Positions 14,171 to 29,710 of a stretch of 64,000 nucleotides of DNA are shown here, one piece after another. The position numbers were made by a program, and so were the translations under genes. Source of the DNA: the human T2T-CHM13v2.0 reference genome, Homo sapiens. The notes beneath the pieces were generated by a model that had not been told where the DNA came from, made no database searches, and saw only the letters and a program-made list of their open reading frames with translations. The number at the start of each line of letters is the position of its first letter. Position 1 is the first letter of the stretch. Location of the stretch: assembly GCF_009914755.1 (NCBI RefSeq), contig NC_060930.1, one strand, 5' to 3'.

Positions 14171-14192
14171 CTGAGGTAAGAGGTCAGGTCTA
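14154..14192. repeat. Perfect inverted repeat, 19-bp arms, 1-nt spacer
   Basis: tagacctgacctcttacct-g-aggtaagaggtcaggtcta. Confidence 0.97.
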
Positions 14193-14479
14193 TTTCTGTC
14201 AGAAATAGAAATGTTTTTTATTCTGTCAAGTGATTCAAGTTTTATTCATGAATTATATAACTGCTAAATACCTACTTTTGCAAAAACTATTCAGCATATT
14301 TCTTGTAAGTACATAGAAATTCATAGAATATATTTTGTGTACAATATTTTGTAAGAGAACCAACATATTTTTGAAACACGGGAGGCATAGGAAAGTATAT
14401 GAATATATAAATAGATTTGCACATAAACGAAGGAGGAGTAGGAGGCTTGGTGAAAAGATAATACATTAGAGGTGACCTA

Positions 14480-14830
14480 CCAAGCAAGATGTCATTTGGA
14501 ATTGCCCAGGAGAAAGGTTTGACCTGTGTTAGAATTCATGAGAAACTGAGCATGCAGAAGTAAGTAAAGGTACTCAATGAAAAGGGGGAGGTCAAAGAAT
14601 ACTTGGAAGGGGGATGTGTGCTATTATGTAAAGACAGGCAAATGAAGAAATTGCCCTGTGGGTTTTTAAAGTGGGAGAAACCACTGAGGTAGAATATGTA
14701 AAGTTAGGAATAAGAACATAGGTTTTAAGATACAAAGAAGTTTCAAGAAGAGGTTATCAGTTTTGTCAAACGCTGAAGTGAGATCAGGATGAGGATTCAA
14801 AATAATCAATTTTATTTTTTTAATTAGGAA
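14480..14830 (-). mobile_element. L2 fragment
   Basis: tttcaagaagagg..tgtcaaacgctgaagtgagatcaggatgaggatt. Confidence 0.45.
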
Positions 14831-14834
14831 AACT

Positions 14835-17800
14835 ACTTCTGATTAATACTGAGTAACAAAGAACAAATAGCCCTCTCAGCTGAAGCAAACAAAATATATG
14901 AACAAAATTAGATAAAACAATGGTCTTGAAGACACTGAACATCAGGCAATTAAGGGCAGTGATCTAAGAGAGACAGAAAAAAAGTTAGTTCAACAGTTGG
15001 CCTATTTTGAGAAGATTTTTCAGGCTGTGGCATAGAGAAGAGGAATCAAGAAGAGACTGGTGAACTCCTTGAGTTGAGGAGATGGAGTAAGAGTCATGGA
15101 AGACCAAGAGGGCTAGGTCACAGGAGAGAATATAAGAGAGGAAATGTTGCACAGATAAGTAATTCTGGAGATCTACAGAATGTCATCTTAAAGTATTCAG
15201 CAGAGTACAGATCAGAATATGAGAAAACTGCCTGAGGCCAGGTAGTAAATTCTAAAATAATTAGATAACAATAGTAAAAAATCTCAGTGAAAAGAGGTTT
15301 GGGAACAGTGCCTGTTCTCACTAGCCAGATTATAAAATCTCATAATTCATGGGGAATTGGTTAGACTCAATGTGATCTGACTCTAGTAACTGGGATGAAT
15401 TAGCCCTGGAGTAAACAATGCTTATCTTATGTTGGTTCTAAGAAATCTAAAATCAGAAGGCCCAAAGATGTCAAACAATTTTCAAGTAACTAAACTCTTT
15501 CCCAGAACAAAGGTCAAACATATTTATAGTAATATAAAAATATCTAGCACTGAACAAAAGAGAATTTACAATCGTTGACATCTAATAAAAATTACCAGGT
15601 ATGCAAAGAAACAGGAAAGTATAAGCCATAGTGAAGAGAAAAATTGATCAATCAAAACTAACCGAGAACTGACTCACACCTTTGAATTAATAGACAAGGA
15701 TATGCAGCAGTTATTGTAATTTTATTCCACTTGTTTAAAAAGTTTAGCAGAGACATGTAAGATACAAAGTAATCTTGATTTAAAATCATTGAATCTATAA
15801 TCAATGATTTTAGAATACTCTAACCAAATTAAACTTATAAATATGAGAATTATAATATGGGCATGAAACATATACCTGATGAGATTAACAGTAGATTAAA
15901 CATTGCAAAAGAAAAGATTAGTAAATTTAAAGATGTAGTAATAGAAACTATCCAAAATGAAACATGGACAATATAAAGGAAAAATTATAAATTAAAGATC
16001 TATACTACAAATCCTAAGTCAGTCAGTAAAATTAAAAAAAGAAATATTGTTAATAAACAATGGAGATAAAATGAAATTATACACACACACACACACAAAT
16101 TCAATCCAAATGAAAGTAGAAAAAGAGGAAAAAAGAGAAGAAAAAAATGTAAAAATAGCAAGATGAGTGACAATCTTAAAATATCAACAATAACATTAAG
16201 TGTAAAATGGTCTAAATGTCCAAGTTAAAAGGCAGAAATTGGCTGAGCATGCTGGCCCATGCCTATAATCCCAGCATTTTGGGAGGCAAAGAAAGGAAGA
16301 TCGCTTGAGCCCAAGAGTTAGAGACCAGCTGGGAAACATAGTGGGACATCATCTCTACAAAAGAGAAAAAAATATTAGCCAGGTGTGATAAGGCATTCCT
16401 GTAGTCCCAGTTACTTGGGAGACTTAGGTGGGAGGACTGCTTGAGCCTGGTGGGAGGTTGAAGGTGGAATATGTCACGATCGTACCACTTGAGCTCCATC
16501 GTGGGTAACAGAGTGACACTCTGTCTCAAAAATAATAATAAAATAATAAAAAGTAAATAAATAATGAAAAGACAAAAATTGTTAGCTGGATTTAAAAACA
16601 AAACCTGATCATATGTCGCTAATAAGAAACTCATTTTAAATATAAAGACATAAATAAGTTGAAAGTAAAAGGATGTAAACAGTTATACTATGATTACATT
16701 AATCCAAAGAAAGCCGGAGTCACTGTATTAGTGTTTTATCCCCAAAGTAGATGCTAGAGAAAATAATATCACTCAGGATATAGAACATCATTTCATAATT
16801 GTAAAAGCATCAGTTTATGAAGATGGCATAACAATCCTAAATGTTTCTGCAACTAATAGTATAGTTTTAAAATATATAAAGAGAAAATTGGTAGAACTAT
16901 AAGGAGAAATAGATAATTCCATAATTATAGTAAAAGTTTTAATATTCTCTTCTCAATAATTAATAGTAGAGTAAAAAGAAAATCATGGCGGATATAGAAC
17001 ACATGAACAACACTATCACTAAAATTGACATAATCAATGATTTTAGAATACTCTAACCCAAAATGACAAGATTTATGTTGTGTAGAAGTGCACATGGAAT
17101 ATTTACTAACATTGACCATAAAACAAGCCTCAGTAAATTTAAAAGGATTTAAGTTATACAGAGTATGTTGTCTCACTAAAATGGAGCTAAATGGGAAATT
17201 GATAACAGAAAGATATTTGGCAAATCCCAACATATATGGAAAGAAAACAATATACTTTTAAATCACCTGTGGATCAAATAATAAGTCAAAAGTGAAATCC
17301 AAAAGATTCCGAAGTGAATGAAAATGAAGTTACAACATATCAGAATTTATTGGAAACTAAAGCAGTACATAGAGAAAAATTTTTGACACTAAATTCTGTA
17401 TTAGGAAATAACAAAGGCCCAAATGACATCCACTTCCATCTTAAAAAAATTAGGATGAAAAAATAGACAAAGGGAAAAAATAAAGATCTGAATAAAAGTA
17501 AATAAAGTAGAAACAGAAAAAAAAAGCACAGAGAAGAATAAATAAAATCAAAACCTGGATCTTCGAGAAAGTTAATTTATTTAATAACATATATCTACAT
17601 TTATCAGGAAAAAATAAAGCAGATTATCAAACAATGAGAATGATGGGATTATGACAAAATCTATAGATATTGAAAAGTCAATAGAGAAATGTTATGGACA
17701 ATTTTATACTACTAATAAAATGTAGATAAAATGGGCAAAATTTTTTAAAGCAATACTAACAAAGTTTTTTCAACACGAAATAGAGATAACCTGAATAGTC

Positions 17801-18680
17801 CTTTTTCTATTAAAGACATTGAATTTAAAGACCTTCCAATTAAAAAAAAAAACAATAAGAAAACAGAACAAAACAAACAAATAACAACAAAGAAAGCCTC
17901 CCGACCTATATGGCTTCACTGGGGTATTTTACCAAAAACTTAAGGAGAAATAATATCAATTCTATACAAAATTTTATAGAAATTGAAAAACAACATCACT
18001 TGTCATTAGGGAAGTCATCAATTACAAAAATTAGATACCAATACACACAAAATAGAATGGGTCAGAAATACTGACCATACCAAATATTAGCAATAATGTA
18101 GACAAAGCAGAACACTCTTATTCTTTTGATTTTTATGCAAAATGGCAGGAGCACTTTGGAAAACAGTTTTACAATGTTACTTATATGTTACACATACACC
18201 TACTATATGATTCAGACACTCCACTCCTAGGTATTTACTCAAAAAAAATGTAAGCATATGTCTATACAAAGACTTATACAAAAATGTGCAGAATGGCTAT
18301 ATTTGCATTAACCCAAGACTGAAAACAATCAAATGTCCTTAAACAGGTGAACATATAAAGAAACTGTGGTATATCCATGCAGAAGAACATTACTCAACAA
18401 TGTAAATGAATGAACTGCTAATACAACAACATAATCATACTAGTTTTAAAAAGATAAGCATAATGTATACTGTATGACTTGACATAGATGTAGTTCTTGA
18501 AAATGAAAACTAAGCAATGGTGTCAGAAAGCAGATCAGTTTTTACCTGGGCATCGAGAATGACACAATGAGAGGCAAGGGTGAAGGATTACAAAGGGGCT
18601 TGAGGAAACTTCTGGATGATGAATACACTCATTGTTTTGGTTGTGATGAAGGTTTAACATGTGTATACACTGGTTGCTGT
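14835..18680 (+). mobile_element. Old L1M (L1MD/ME-like): 5' region, ORF1, EN and 3' end, with internal deletions
   Basis: ORF1 (gagattaacagtagattaaacattgcaaaagaaaagattagtaaatttaaaga), EN (agtgcacatggaatatttac), 3'UTR (cagatcagtttttacctggg..attacaaaggggcttgaggaaact). Confidence 0.8.
16241..16566 (+). mobile_element. AluJ
   Basis: Dimeric Alu with AluJ diagnostics (gatcgcttgagccca, ggaggactgcttgagcc), A-rich tail, TSD aaaaggcagaaatt/aaaagacaaaaatt. Confidence 0.93.
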
Positions 18681-19166
18681 TATCTTCAATGTACAGGGTC
18701 AACATCTTGTTCAGGTCTACTGTATTGTGGGGAGGGTCATGGATGGCCTCTTTTTCTCATCTGTAATGATGAAACAACTATAAATTTCTCTAATGGCAAA
18801 TGATTTAGTAACTAATAGTAAATTTTTATCTGTTCTAAACAATAGAAATTTTGAAAAAATCATATTATGAATTCTATTTTGCACTGATAATGTTTTGACA
18901 TTAAGAAATAATGGAGCTATAAAATTATAACTGATAAATTCATATTAAAATGAAGCAATTTGAATATCTAAAATGGCTTTATGTTTGAAAACATGTTAAA
19001 TTAGCAACTCTGAAGTCCAAGTTGCCCAATAAGAAGAATTCTTTACTAACTATTCATTTTTTTTTCCAAGATGGCAGCTTCTTTGAAATAGCAAGATCAA
19101 CCCTGTGAGATTTAATTTAAGAGGCAAAATGGGAAACCACTGGAATCATGAAGGACACCTCAGATC

Positions 19167-21520
<2,354 letters not shown>

Positions 21521-22305
21521 GGACCCCTTTCTGCTCCATGCCCAGGCAGAACTCCAGGTATTGGTAGCAACCGCTTGGTAGACTGAGCTGCCCCACCCTT
21601 CCTGCTCAGAGATTATGGTGCAGCACTGCCTGCTCTATTCCACACCCAGGGATATTTCCAAGCATTCAGAGAATTTTCTTGCCTGAATTAGCAGTCTGAG
21701 ATGGCCCTCCCTTACTATACAGAGACCATGGTAAAGTAGGGCCCTCTCTACCCTACACCCAGACATACCTCCAGGTATGTAGATCATCCACTCTCTCAGA
21801 TTAGAAGTTTAGACTGTCCCCACTTCCTCTGGCAGTGAACTTGGGTCCAAAGAGGTTTCCCAGCTCTATGCTTAGGTACACTGCTGGGCACTTGGTTATA
21901 ACCTACTGGATTCTCCCTCAGTGCTGGTGCTCATACCTGACATCAGGGGACTTGTAGGTGGGCCAGCCTGGTTGGCCCTATCCATCTCTGCCCTCCACCT
22001 CTCTGGGGAGGAGCAGGGAACTCAGACCACTGTGACCTCCACAGATCAGCCCATTGACTAAGGCAACAGAGAACATCTCCTGGTAAACAATGGTCAAATA
22101 TATACTCAGTCACATTGGCCAAAGCCAGCTCTTACCCAAAAGAGCCATCTATTGTATTATAGGTCAAACTGCAGAGCCCATTACAAAACCCACTGAAAAA
22201 TTGCATAGGACTTTAGAAGCAAAGCCAAAAGACCCTACCCAACATTCTCTACATTCACATCCCCTAGGGAGGTGGGGGAAGGAAAGGTAAAGAAAAACAC
22301 ACATG

Positions 22306-22602
22306 GGCCGGGCCCCAGCACTTTGGAAGGCTGAGGCAGATGAATCACGGGTTCAGGAGTTTGAGACCAGCCAGGCCAATGTGGTGAAACCGCGTCTCTA
22401 CTAAAAATACAAAAAAATTAGCTGGGCATAGTGGTGGGCGCCTGTAATCCCAGATACCCAGGAGGCTGAGGCAGGAGAATTGCTTGAACCCAAGAGGTGG
22501 AGGTTGCAGGGAGCCAGAATCGTGCGTGCCACTGCATTCCAGCCAGTCCGGGTGACAGAGTGAGACTCCATCTCAAAAAAAAAAAAAAAAAAAAAAAAAA
22601 AA
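22306..22602 (+). mobile_element. AluS (Sg-like) with ~20-bp deletion near its 5' end
   Basis: ggccgggc joined directly to cccagcactttgg; A28 tail; flanking acacaca duplication. Confidence 0.93.
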
Positions 22603-25382
22603 GACACACACAAATATTACAGGGAAAAAAAAAAGAAAAAAATTCTATCCATCTGAAAATAATTACAACCATTAAAATTACTCACATCCCCAGATGATAA
22701 GAAATCAGCACAAGAATATGGCACCGTGAAAAATGTGAAGGTAGTGACACCAGCAAAGTATTACACTAGCTGTTCATCAATGATCCCTAACCAAAAAGAA
22801 AACTCAAAAATAGCAGATAAAGAATTCCAAGCATGGATTACAAAGAAACGCAATAATATCCAAGCAAGGCTGAAAGTCAACACACAAAAAATCCAAACAG
22901 TCTTTTAAACTAACTCAGTCAGACAAAAATAAACCAAAAGGAATTTAAGAAATGAACAAAGTCTTTGAGAAATATGAGATTAGATGAGACCAAATCTATG
23001 AATTACTGACATTCCCGAGAGAGAAGGCAAAAAAGTAAACAATCTAAAAAACATATTTGAGAGAATAATTGAATAAAAGTTCCCTAATCTTGCTAGAGAG
23101 ATAGACATTCAGATATAAGAAATCCAGAAAACACTTGTGCCAAGACATATAGTCACCAGACTGTCCAAGGTCAATGCTAAAGAAAAAATCTTAAAGGCAG
23201 AAAAAGGCCATATGACATACAAAGGGAACTAAATCATGCTAACATCAGACTTCTCAACAGAAACCTTACAAGCCAGGAGAGACTGGGAGGATATTTTCAG
23301 CATTCCTAAAGAAAAAAAAAATTCCAATCAAGAATTTTATATCCTGCCAAACTAAGCTTCAGAAGCAAAACAGAAATAAAATATTTCCCAACAAGCAAGC
23401 ATTAGGGGAAATCCTTACCCTTAGGCCAACGTTACAAGACATCTTTAAGGAAGTTTTAACATGGAAACAAAAGAACAGTACCTGATAGCATGAAAGCATA
23501 CTTAAGTACATAGGCTACAGACCCTACAGAGCAATCACATGATAGAAACTGCAAAGCAACCAGGTAACATCTTGTAATATGATTAAAACCTTACATTTCA
23601 ATAATAACCTTGAATGTAAATGGTCTAAATGCTACACTTAAAAGACACAGAGTTGTAAGTTGGATAAAGAAAGGAGATCTATCTTTTTGCTGTATTCAAA
23701 AGACCCATCTCACACAAAATGACAATTAGTATTAAAATAACGGGTTGGAGGAAGATCTATCACACAAACAGAAAATTAAAAATAGCAGGTGTCACTACTT
23801 TTATATCAGATGAAAAAGGATTTAAATCAACAAGGGTAAAAAAGGACAAAGTAAAAAAGGAAAAGAAGAGCATTACATAATAATAAAGTGTTTAATTCAA
23901 CAAGAAGATATAACTATACCATATATATACACAGCCAACATTGGAGCAACCAGATTGATAAAACAACTACTTATCAACCTACAAAAAGACTTAGTTATAA
24001 AATAATAATGGTGGTCTTTAGCACCACACTGACAGCATTAGACAGATCATCAAGGCAGAAAATTAACAAATAAATTCTGGACTTGAATTCAACACTTCAC
24101 CAATTGGACCTAATAGATGTATACAGAATATTTCCCTCATCAATGACAGAATATAAATTCTTCTCATCTGCACATAGAACCTACTCCAAGACTGACCACA
24201 TGCTTGGCTATAAAGCAAGTCCCAGTAAATTCAAAAAGTTGAAATCATATCAACCATATTCTCAGACCATAGTGGAATGAAAATAGTAATCAATATTAAG
24301 AATGTCTCCCAAAACCATGCAATTACATGAAAATTAAACAACTTGCTCTTGGATGACTTTTGGATAAACAATGAAATTAAGGCAAGAATCAACAAATTAT
24401 TTAAAACAAATGAAAACAGAAACAATATATAAAAATCTCTGAGCTACAGCAAAAGTAGTGTTAAGAGGAAACTTTGTAGTGCCAAACACCTACCTCAGAA
24501 AGATAGAGAGATTTCAAACTAATAATTGAACATCATACATAGGGAACTACAGAAACAAGAAGCAAATAATCCCAAAGCCAGCAGAAGAAAAGAAATAACT
24601 AAATTCAGAGCAGAAATGAATAAAATTGAGACCCAAAAATCCATACAAAGAATCGATGAAACCAAAAGTTGGTTACTTGATAGGATAAAGATTGATACAT
24701 CACTGTCTAGATTAACAAAGAAACAGAAGATCCAAATAAGCACAGCCAGTAGTGACTAAGGTGACGTTACAACTGACCCACGGAAATACAAGAGGTCCTC
24801 AGAGACTATTATGAACACCTCTGTGTACACAAACTAGAAAATCTAGAGGAAATGAATACATTCCAGGCAATGTACAACCTCCCAAGATTGAATCAGGAAT
24901 AAGCCTTGAACAGACCAATATTGAGTTCCAAAATTGAATTAAAAATACAATCCCATTTACAATAACCACAAAAAGTACCTAGCAATACACCTAATCAAAG
25001 ATGTAAAAAATGTGTATAAGGAAAACTACAAAATACTGATGAAAAAAATCATAGATAACACAAACAAACGGAAAGATGTTCTATGCTTATGGATTGGAAG
25101 AATCAATATTGTTGAAATGGCCATATTGTCCAAATAATCTGCTGATTCGACACTATTTCTATCAAACTACTAATGGCATTTTTTACAAAATTAGAAAATA
25201 TTATTATAAAATTCATATGAAACCACAAAATATCCCAAATAGTCAAACCAATTCTAAGCAAAAAGAACAAACCTACAGGCATTATATTACCTCAGTTCAA
25301 ACTATACTATAAGGTTACAATGATCAAAAAAGCGTGGTACTGTTATAAAAACAGACATATAGATCAATGGAACAGAGTAGAG

Positions 25383-25732
25383 CAGTAGTCCCCAAAGTTT
25401 TTGGCACCAGGGACCAGTTTCAAGGAAGACACTTTTTCCACGGACCAGGGTTGGGAGTGGGAGATGGTTTCTGGATGAAACTGTTCCACCTCAAATCATC
25501 AGGCATAACATTCTTATGAGGAGCTTGCAACTTAGATCCCTTGCATGTGGAGTTCACAATAGGGTTCAAGCTCCTATGAGAATCTAATGCTGCCGCTGGT
25601 CTGACAGGAGGCAGAGCTCAGGCAGGAATGCAAGTGATGGGAAAGTCCTGTAAATACAGAAGAAACTTCGCTGGCTCACCCACTGCTCACCTCCTTCCCC
25701 CTGGTCTGTGGCCTAAGGGTTGGAAGCCCCAA
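25383..25732 (-). mobile_element. MER1 (MER1A/B) hAT-Charlie MITE
   Basis: tttttggcaccagggaccagtttc..ctcctatgagaatctaatgctgccgctg; perfect 8-bp TSD gagtagag (25375-25382 / 25733-25740). Confidence 0.95.
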
Positions 25733-26850
25733 GAGTAGAGAACCCAGAAATAAAGCCACCCACCTACAGCCCTCTGATCTTCCACAGCATTGACAAAATA
25801 ATAAATGTGAAAAGGACTCTCTCTTCAATACATGGTGCTGGGATAGCTGGCTAGCCATATACAGAAGAATGAAACTCAAACCCTACCTTTCATCATATAC
25901 AAAAATGAACCCAAAATTGATGAACAATTTAAATGTATGACTACAAATTATAAAAATCTTAGAAGAAAACCTAAGAAGCACCATTCTGGATACCAGCATT
26001 GGTAAGAAATTTATGACTAAGTCCTTAAAAGCAATTGCAGCAAAACGAAATTTGACAAGTAGGATCTACTTAAACTGAGAGCCAAAGAGCTTCAGCAAAG
26101 ATAGTTTCTTTTCAACAGCAAAATAGACTATCAACAAATAAACAGACAATCTACAGAATGAGAGAAAATATTTGAAAACTAGGCATCTGACAAAGGTCTA
26201 ATATCTAGAATCTATAAAGGACTTAAATAATTCAACAAGCAAAAAAACTCCAAATAATCCCATTAAAAAGTAGGCAAAATATATGAACAGACACTTCTCA
26301 AAAGAAGACATACAACCAGCCAATAAACATATAAAAATGCCTAACATCACTAATCATCAGAGAAAGGCAAATCAAAACCACAATGTGATAACATCTCACA
26401 CTCATCACAATGGCTTTTTAATTAAAAAAAAAAAGTCAGAAAACAAGAGATGCTGGCAAGGTTGTGCATAGAAAGGAATGCTTATGTATTGTTGGTGGGA
26501 ATGTAAATTAGTTCAGTCACTGTGGAAAGCAGTTTGGAGATTTCTCAAGGAACTTAACACAGAACTACCATTTGACTTAGCAATCCTACTACTGGGTATA
26601 AGAAAATACATTATTTTATTAAAAAGATGCATACACTTGTGTGTTTATTACAGTACTATTCCCAGTAAGAAAGACATGGAATAAATCTTGGTGCTCATCA
26701 ATTGTGTATTAGATTTTTTTTAAAAAAGTGGTACATATACACCATGGAATACTTCATAGCTATAAAAAATAACAAAATTATGTTCTTTGCAGCAACATGT
26801 ATGCAGCTAGAGGCCATTATCCTGAGTGAATTAACACAGGAACAGAAAAC

Positions 26851-27504
26851 TCCAGCCTGTGAGATCACCCTCGGGGACTCTATGAAGCTGCAGGGGTGGA
26901 GCTACCCAAAGCCTTGGGAGCCCACTCTTTGCAGCAGTGTATCTTGGATGTGGAACATGGAGTCAAAGGAGGTTATTTTGGAGCTTTATGATTTAATGAC
27001 TGCCCTGCTGTGTTTCAGATTTGCATGGGGCCTGTAGCCTCTTTCTTTTGGCTGATTTCTTCATTTGGGAATGGGAATGTTTACCTAATGCCTATATCCC
27101 CATTGTATCTTAGAAGTAAATAACTTGTTTTGATTTTACTGGCTCATGGGTGAAAGGGACTTGCCTTATCTCAGGTGAGATTTTGGAGTTTAGACTTTTG
27201 AGTTAATGTTTGAATAAATTAAGTCTTTGGGGGACTATTGGGAAAGCATAATTGTATTTTGTAATGTGAGAAGGACACGAGATTTGGGGAGCCAGGGGTG
27301 GAATAAATAGTTTGGATATTTAGATATTTGTCCCCACCCAAATCATATCATATCATATCACCCAAATATCAAGTTGAAATGTAATCCCAATTTTCGAGGT
27401 GGGAGATGTTTTGGTCATGTGGGCAGATCCTTTAAGACTTGGTGCTGTTCTTGCGCTGTTGAGTTCTTGTTAGATCTGATTGTTTAAAGTGTGTGGCACC
27501 TCCC

Positions 27505-27535
<31 letters not shown>

Positions 27536-27797
27536 AACTCTGTTTCTCTCTCTCTCTCTAACTCTGTTTCTCTCTCTCTCTCTCTCTCTCGCTCCTGCTT
27601 TCACCACATGATTTTCCTGCTCCCACTTCACTTTCTGCCATGATTGTAAGCTTTTTGAGGCCCTCACCAGAAGCTGAGCAGATGCTGGTGCCATGCTTAT
27701 ATGGCCTGCAGAACTGTAATCCAATTTAACCTCTTTTCTTTATCAATTACCCAGACTCAGATATTTCTTTGTAGCAACTCAAGAATGGCCTAAAACA
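26851..27797 (+). mobile_element. MSTB-like MaLR: 3' internal fragment plus 3' LTR (27304-27797)
   Basis: MST-int 3' end (catggagtcaaaggag..), LTR with gaggccctcaccagaagctgagcagatgctggtgccatgc, ending taaaaca; L1 3'UTR resumes after it. Confidence 0.9.
27508..27590. repeat. Compound (CT)n microsatellite
   Basis: Three CT runs separated by two identical aactctgttt spacers. Confidence 0.95.
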
Positions 27798-27926
27798 GGT
27801 ACACATGGACAGAAGTATGGCAAGAATAGACACTGGAAGCTACTAGAGAAGGAACAAAGTGAAGCAAAGGTCACAAAACTATTGGGTGCTAGTCTCACTA
27901 CCTGGTGACGGAATCATTTATACCCC

Positions 27927-27994
27927 AAACCTCAACATCATACAATATATTCATGTAACAAAACTTTAGCATCACACAATATACTCATGTAATA
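27927..27994. repeat. 34-bp degenerate tandem duplication in L1 3'UTR
   Basis: aaacctcaacatcatacaatatattcatgtaaca / aaactttagcatcacacaatatactcatgtaata. Confidence 0.85.
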
Positions 27995-29489
27995 AACAAT
28001 ACCCCTTGAATCTAAAATAAAAGTTGAAATTTTAAAAAGAAAGCTAAATTAAAAAATTAACTATTCAGTGATAATCATGTTCAAAATAACACATCGATGG
28101 AATACTTAGTCTTATTATAATGACTTAATATTCATTAGAAATGAAATATTAAAATGATAATTGGCATTTAGAAATCTATAATCATAATTCAATTATTATA
28201 GCATACTGACTTTTTATAAATATAACATGTCAGAAAGTGCCAATACAATTATTTGTTAACAAGAAAAATTGATAAAATAATAGAAGTGCTTTTTATTAAA
28301 AATATGTAATGAATTTTATTCATCCTGTGAAAGCCCGTGTGGTTTTATTTTTAGATACTACAAAAAGCATTTATGTGATCATTTTAATTTTTTTGACATC
28401 TCAAAAATAATATTGTATAATATTACTGCTTTCAAAATCATATTTAACACCCTGACCTAATGCATTATATGCTTAAGGATTATGCAGCTGTCAATATACC
28501 TAAAAAATTAAATGTGATATATGTGATCCAAAGGTAAAAAAGTCTAATCTTCCTTTGGCTATAAACAAAATAAAGAATAATAATTATTGAATAATGTTAG
28601 AATTTGATCCATTAGCATTTAAATAAAAATATATGTGACTTATTTTATGATTAAAAACAATTATGAGTTTATATAAGAAATTTTTCTTGGTAAAAGTCCT
28701 TCTGTCCTGTAATTGATTACTAAGATATTTTCTGATAAACCCAAGCTCCTTTGAGAGTTGACTGTCCACCATCTTTTCTACAAAATAAATATTTTATAAA
28801 CAAACATAATTTTTAAACATAATCTCTCCTCATCTGAGCTCCTTTATTTATGTCAATAATACCACCTTTCTTCCAGAAATCCAGTCTCAAAATACAGAGT
28901 GCTGTTCATTTTTGTCTCCTATTAGTGGCACCATAACTAATTCTGCTGTTTAACTTACTTGTGAGTCACTCACGTTCAGCCAATTGCATCAGTCATACTG
29001 CAGCAGGCCCCTGCTGACCATATGACTCCCCAGCCTCAAACCATTTAAGTAAATTCCAGTATCTATGAGATCTTGTCCAACATTTTTACTGGGATTAAGG
29101 CCTTCCAAGATCTTTTCTCTGGAAATCATCAAGACACTCAGAAGGTTCAGAACCCTGGCTAATGGCGGAAAAAATTCCTATAGACTAAATTATTAGTGTC
29201 TCTGATCATTTTCCCATCTGCTTTCAGAAGGTCTAGCTTGAAGTGATGGCAGTTTGCAAGGCACCAGATGTATTTGAATATCCTGGTCTTTTGCTAACAG
29301 GGCTCCAATGTCAGTGAATATGTGATGTGAATCCAAAAAGACAATTAGCAGAAGACTGTTTTGCTGTCACCTCTCCAGGATCCCTAACATCCTAGCCTCA
29401 GGGGAATATTCGCACAGCTCCCCTCCGCAGTTCAACTCAACTAGTTCCATATATCAAATCACACCTAATTAATAATATTATCTATAAAG

Positions 29490-29710
29490 TAAGGTGAATC
29501 ATAAATATTTATTAGAGCTTACAGTTGGGCACTGTCCTTAGAGTAATCACATAAATAACAATACTCTTAGTCATTGTGTGAGTTCCAATTATTGTCTTTA
29601 AAGAAATTGTGGTTGGGGAACTTTAAGTAACATGTCAAAGATCATAAACCTAGGTAGTGATGGAGTCAAGATAATAATTTAAGTGTGTCAAACTCCAAAA
29701 CTCCTTTTCC
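29490..29710 (-). mobile_element. MIR
   Basis: taagtaacatgtcaaagatcataaacctaggtagtgatggagtcaagat matches the MIR core. Confidence 0.55.
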
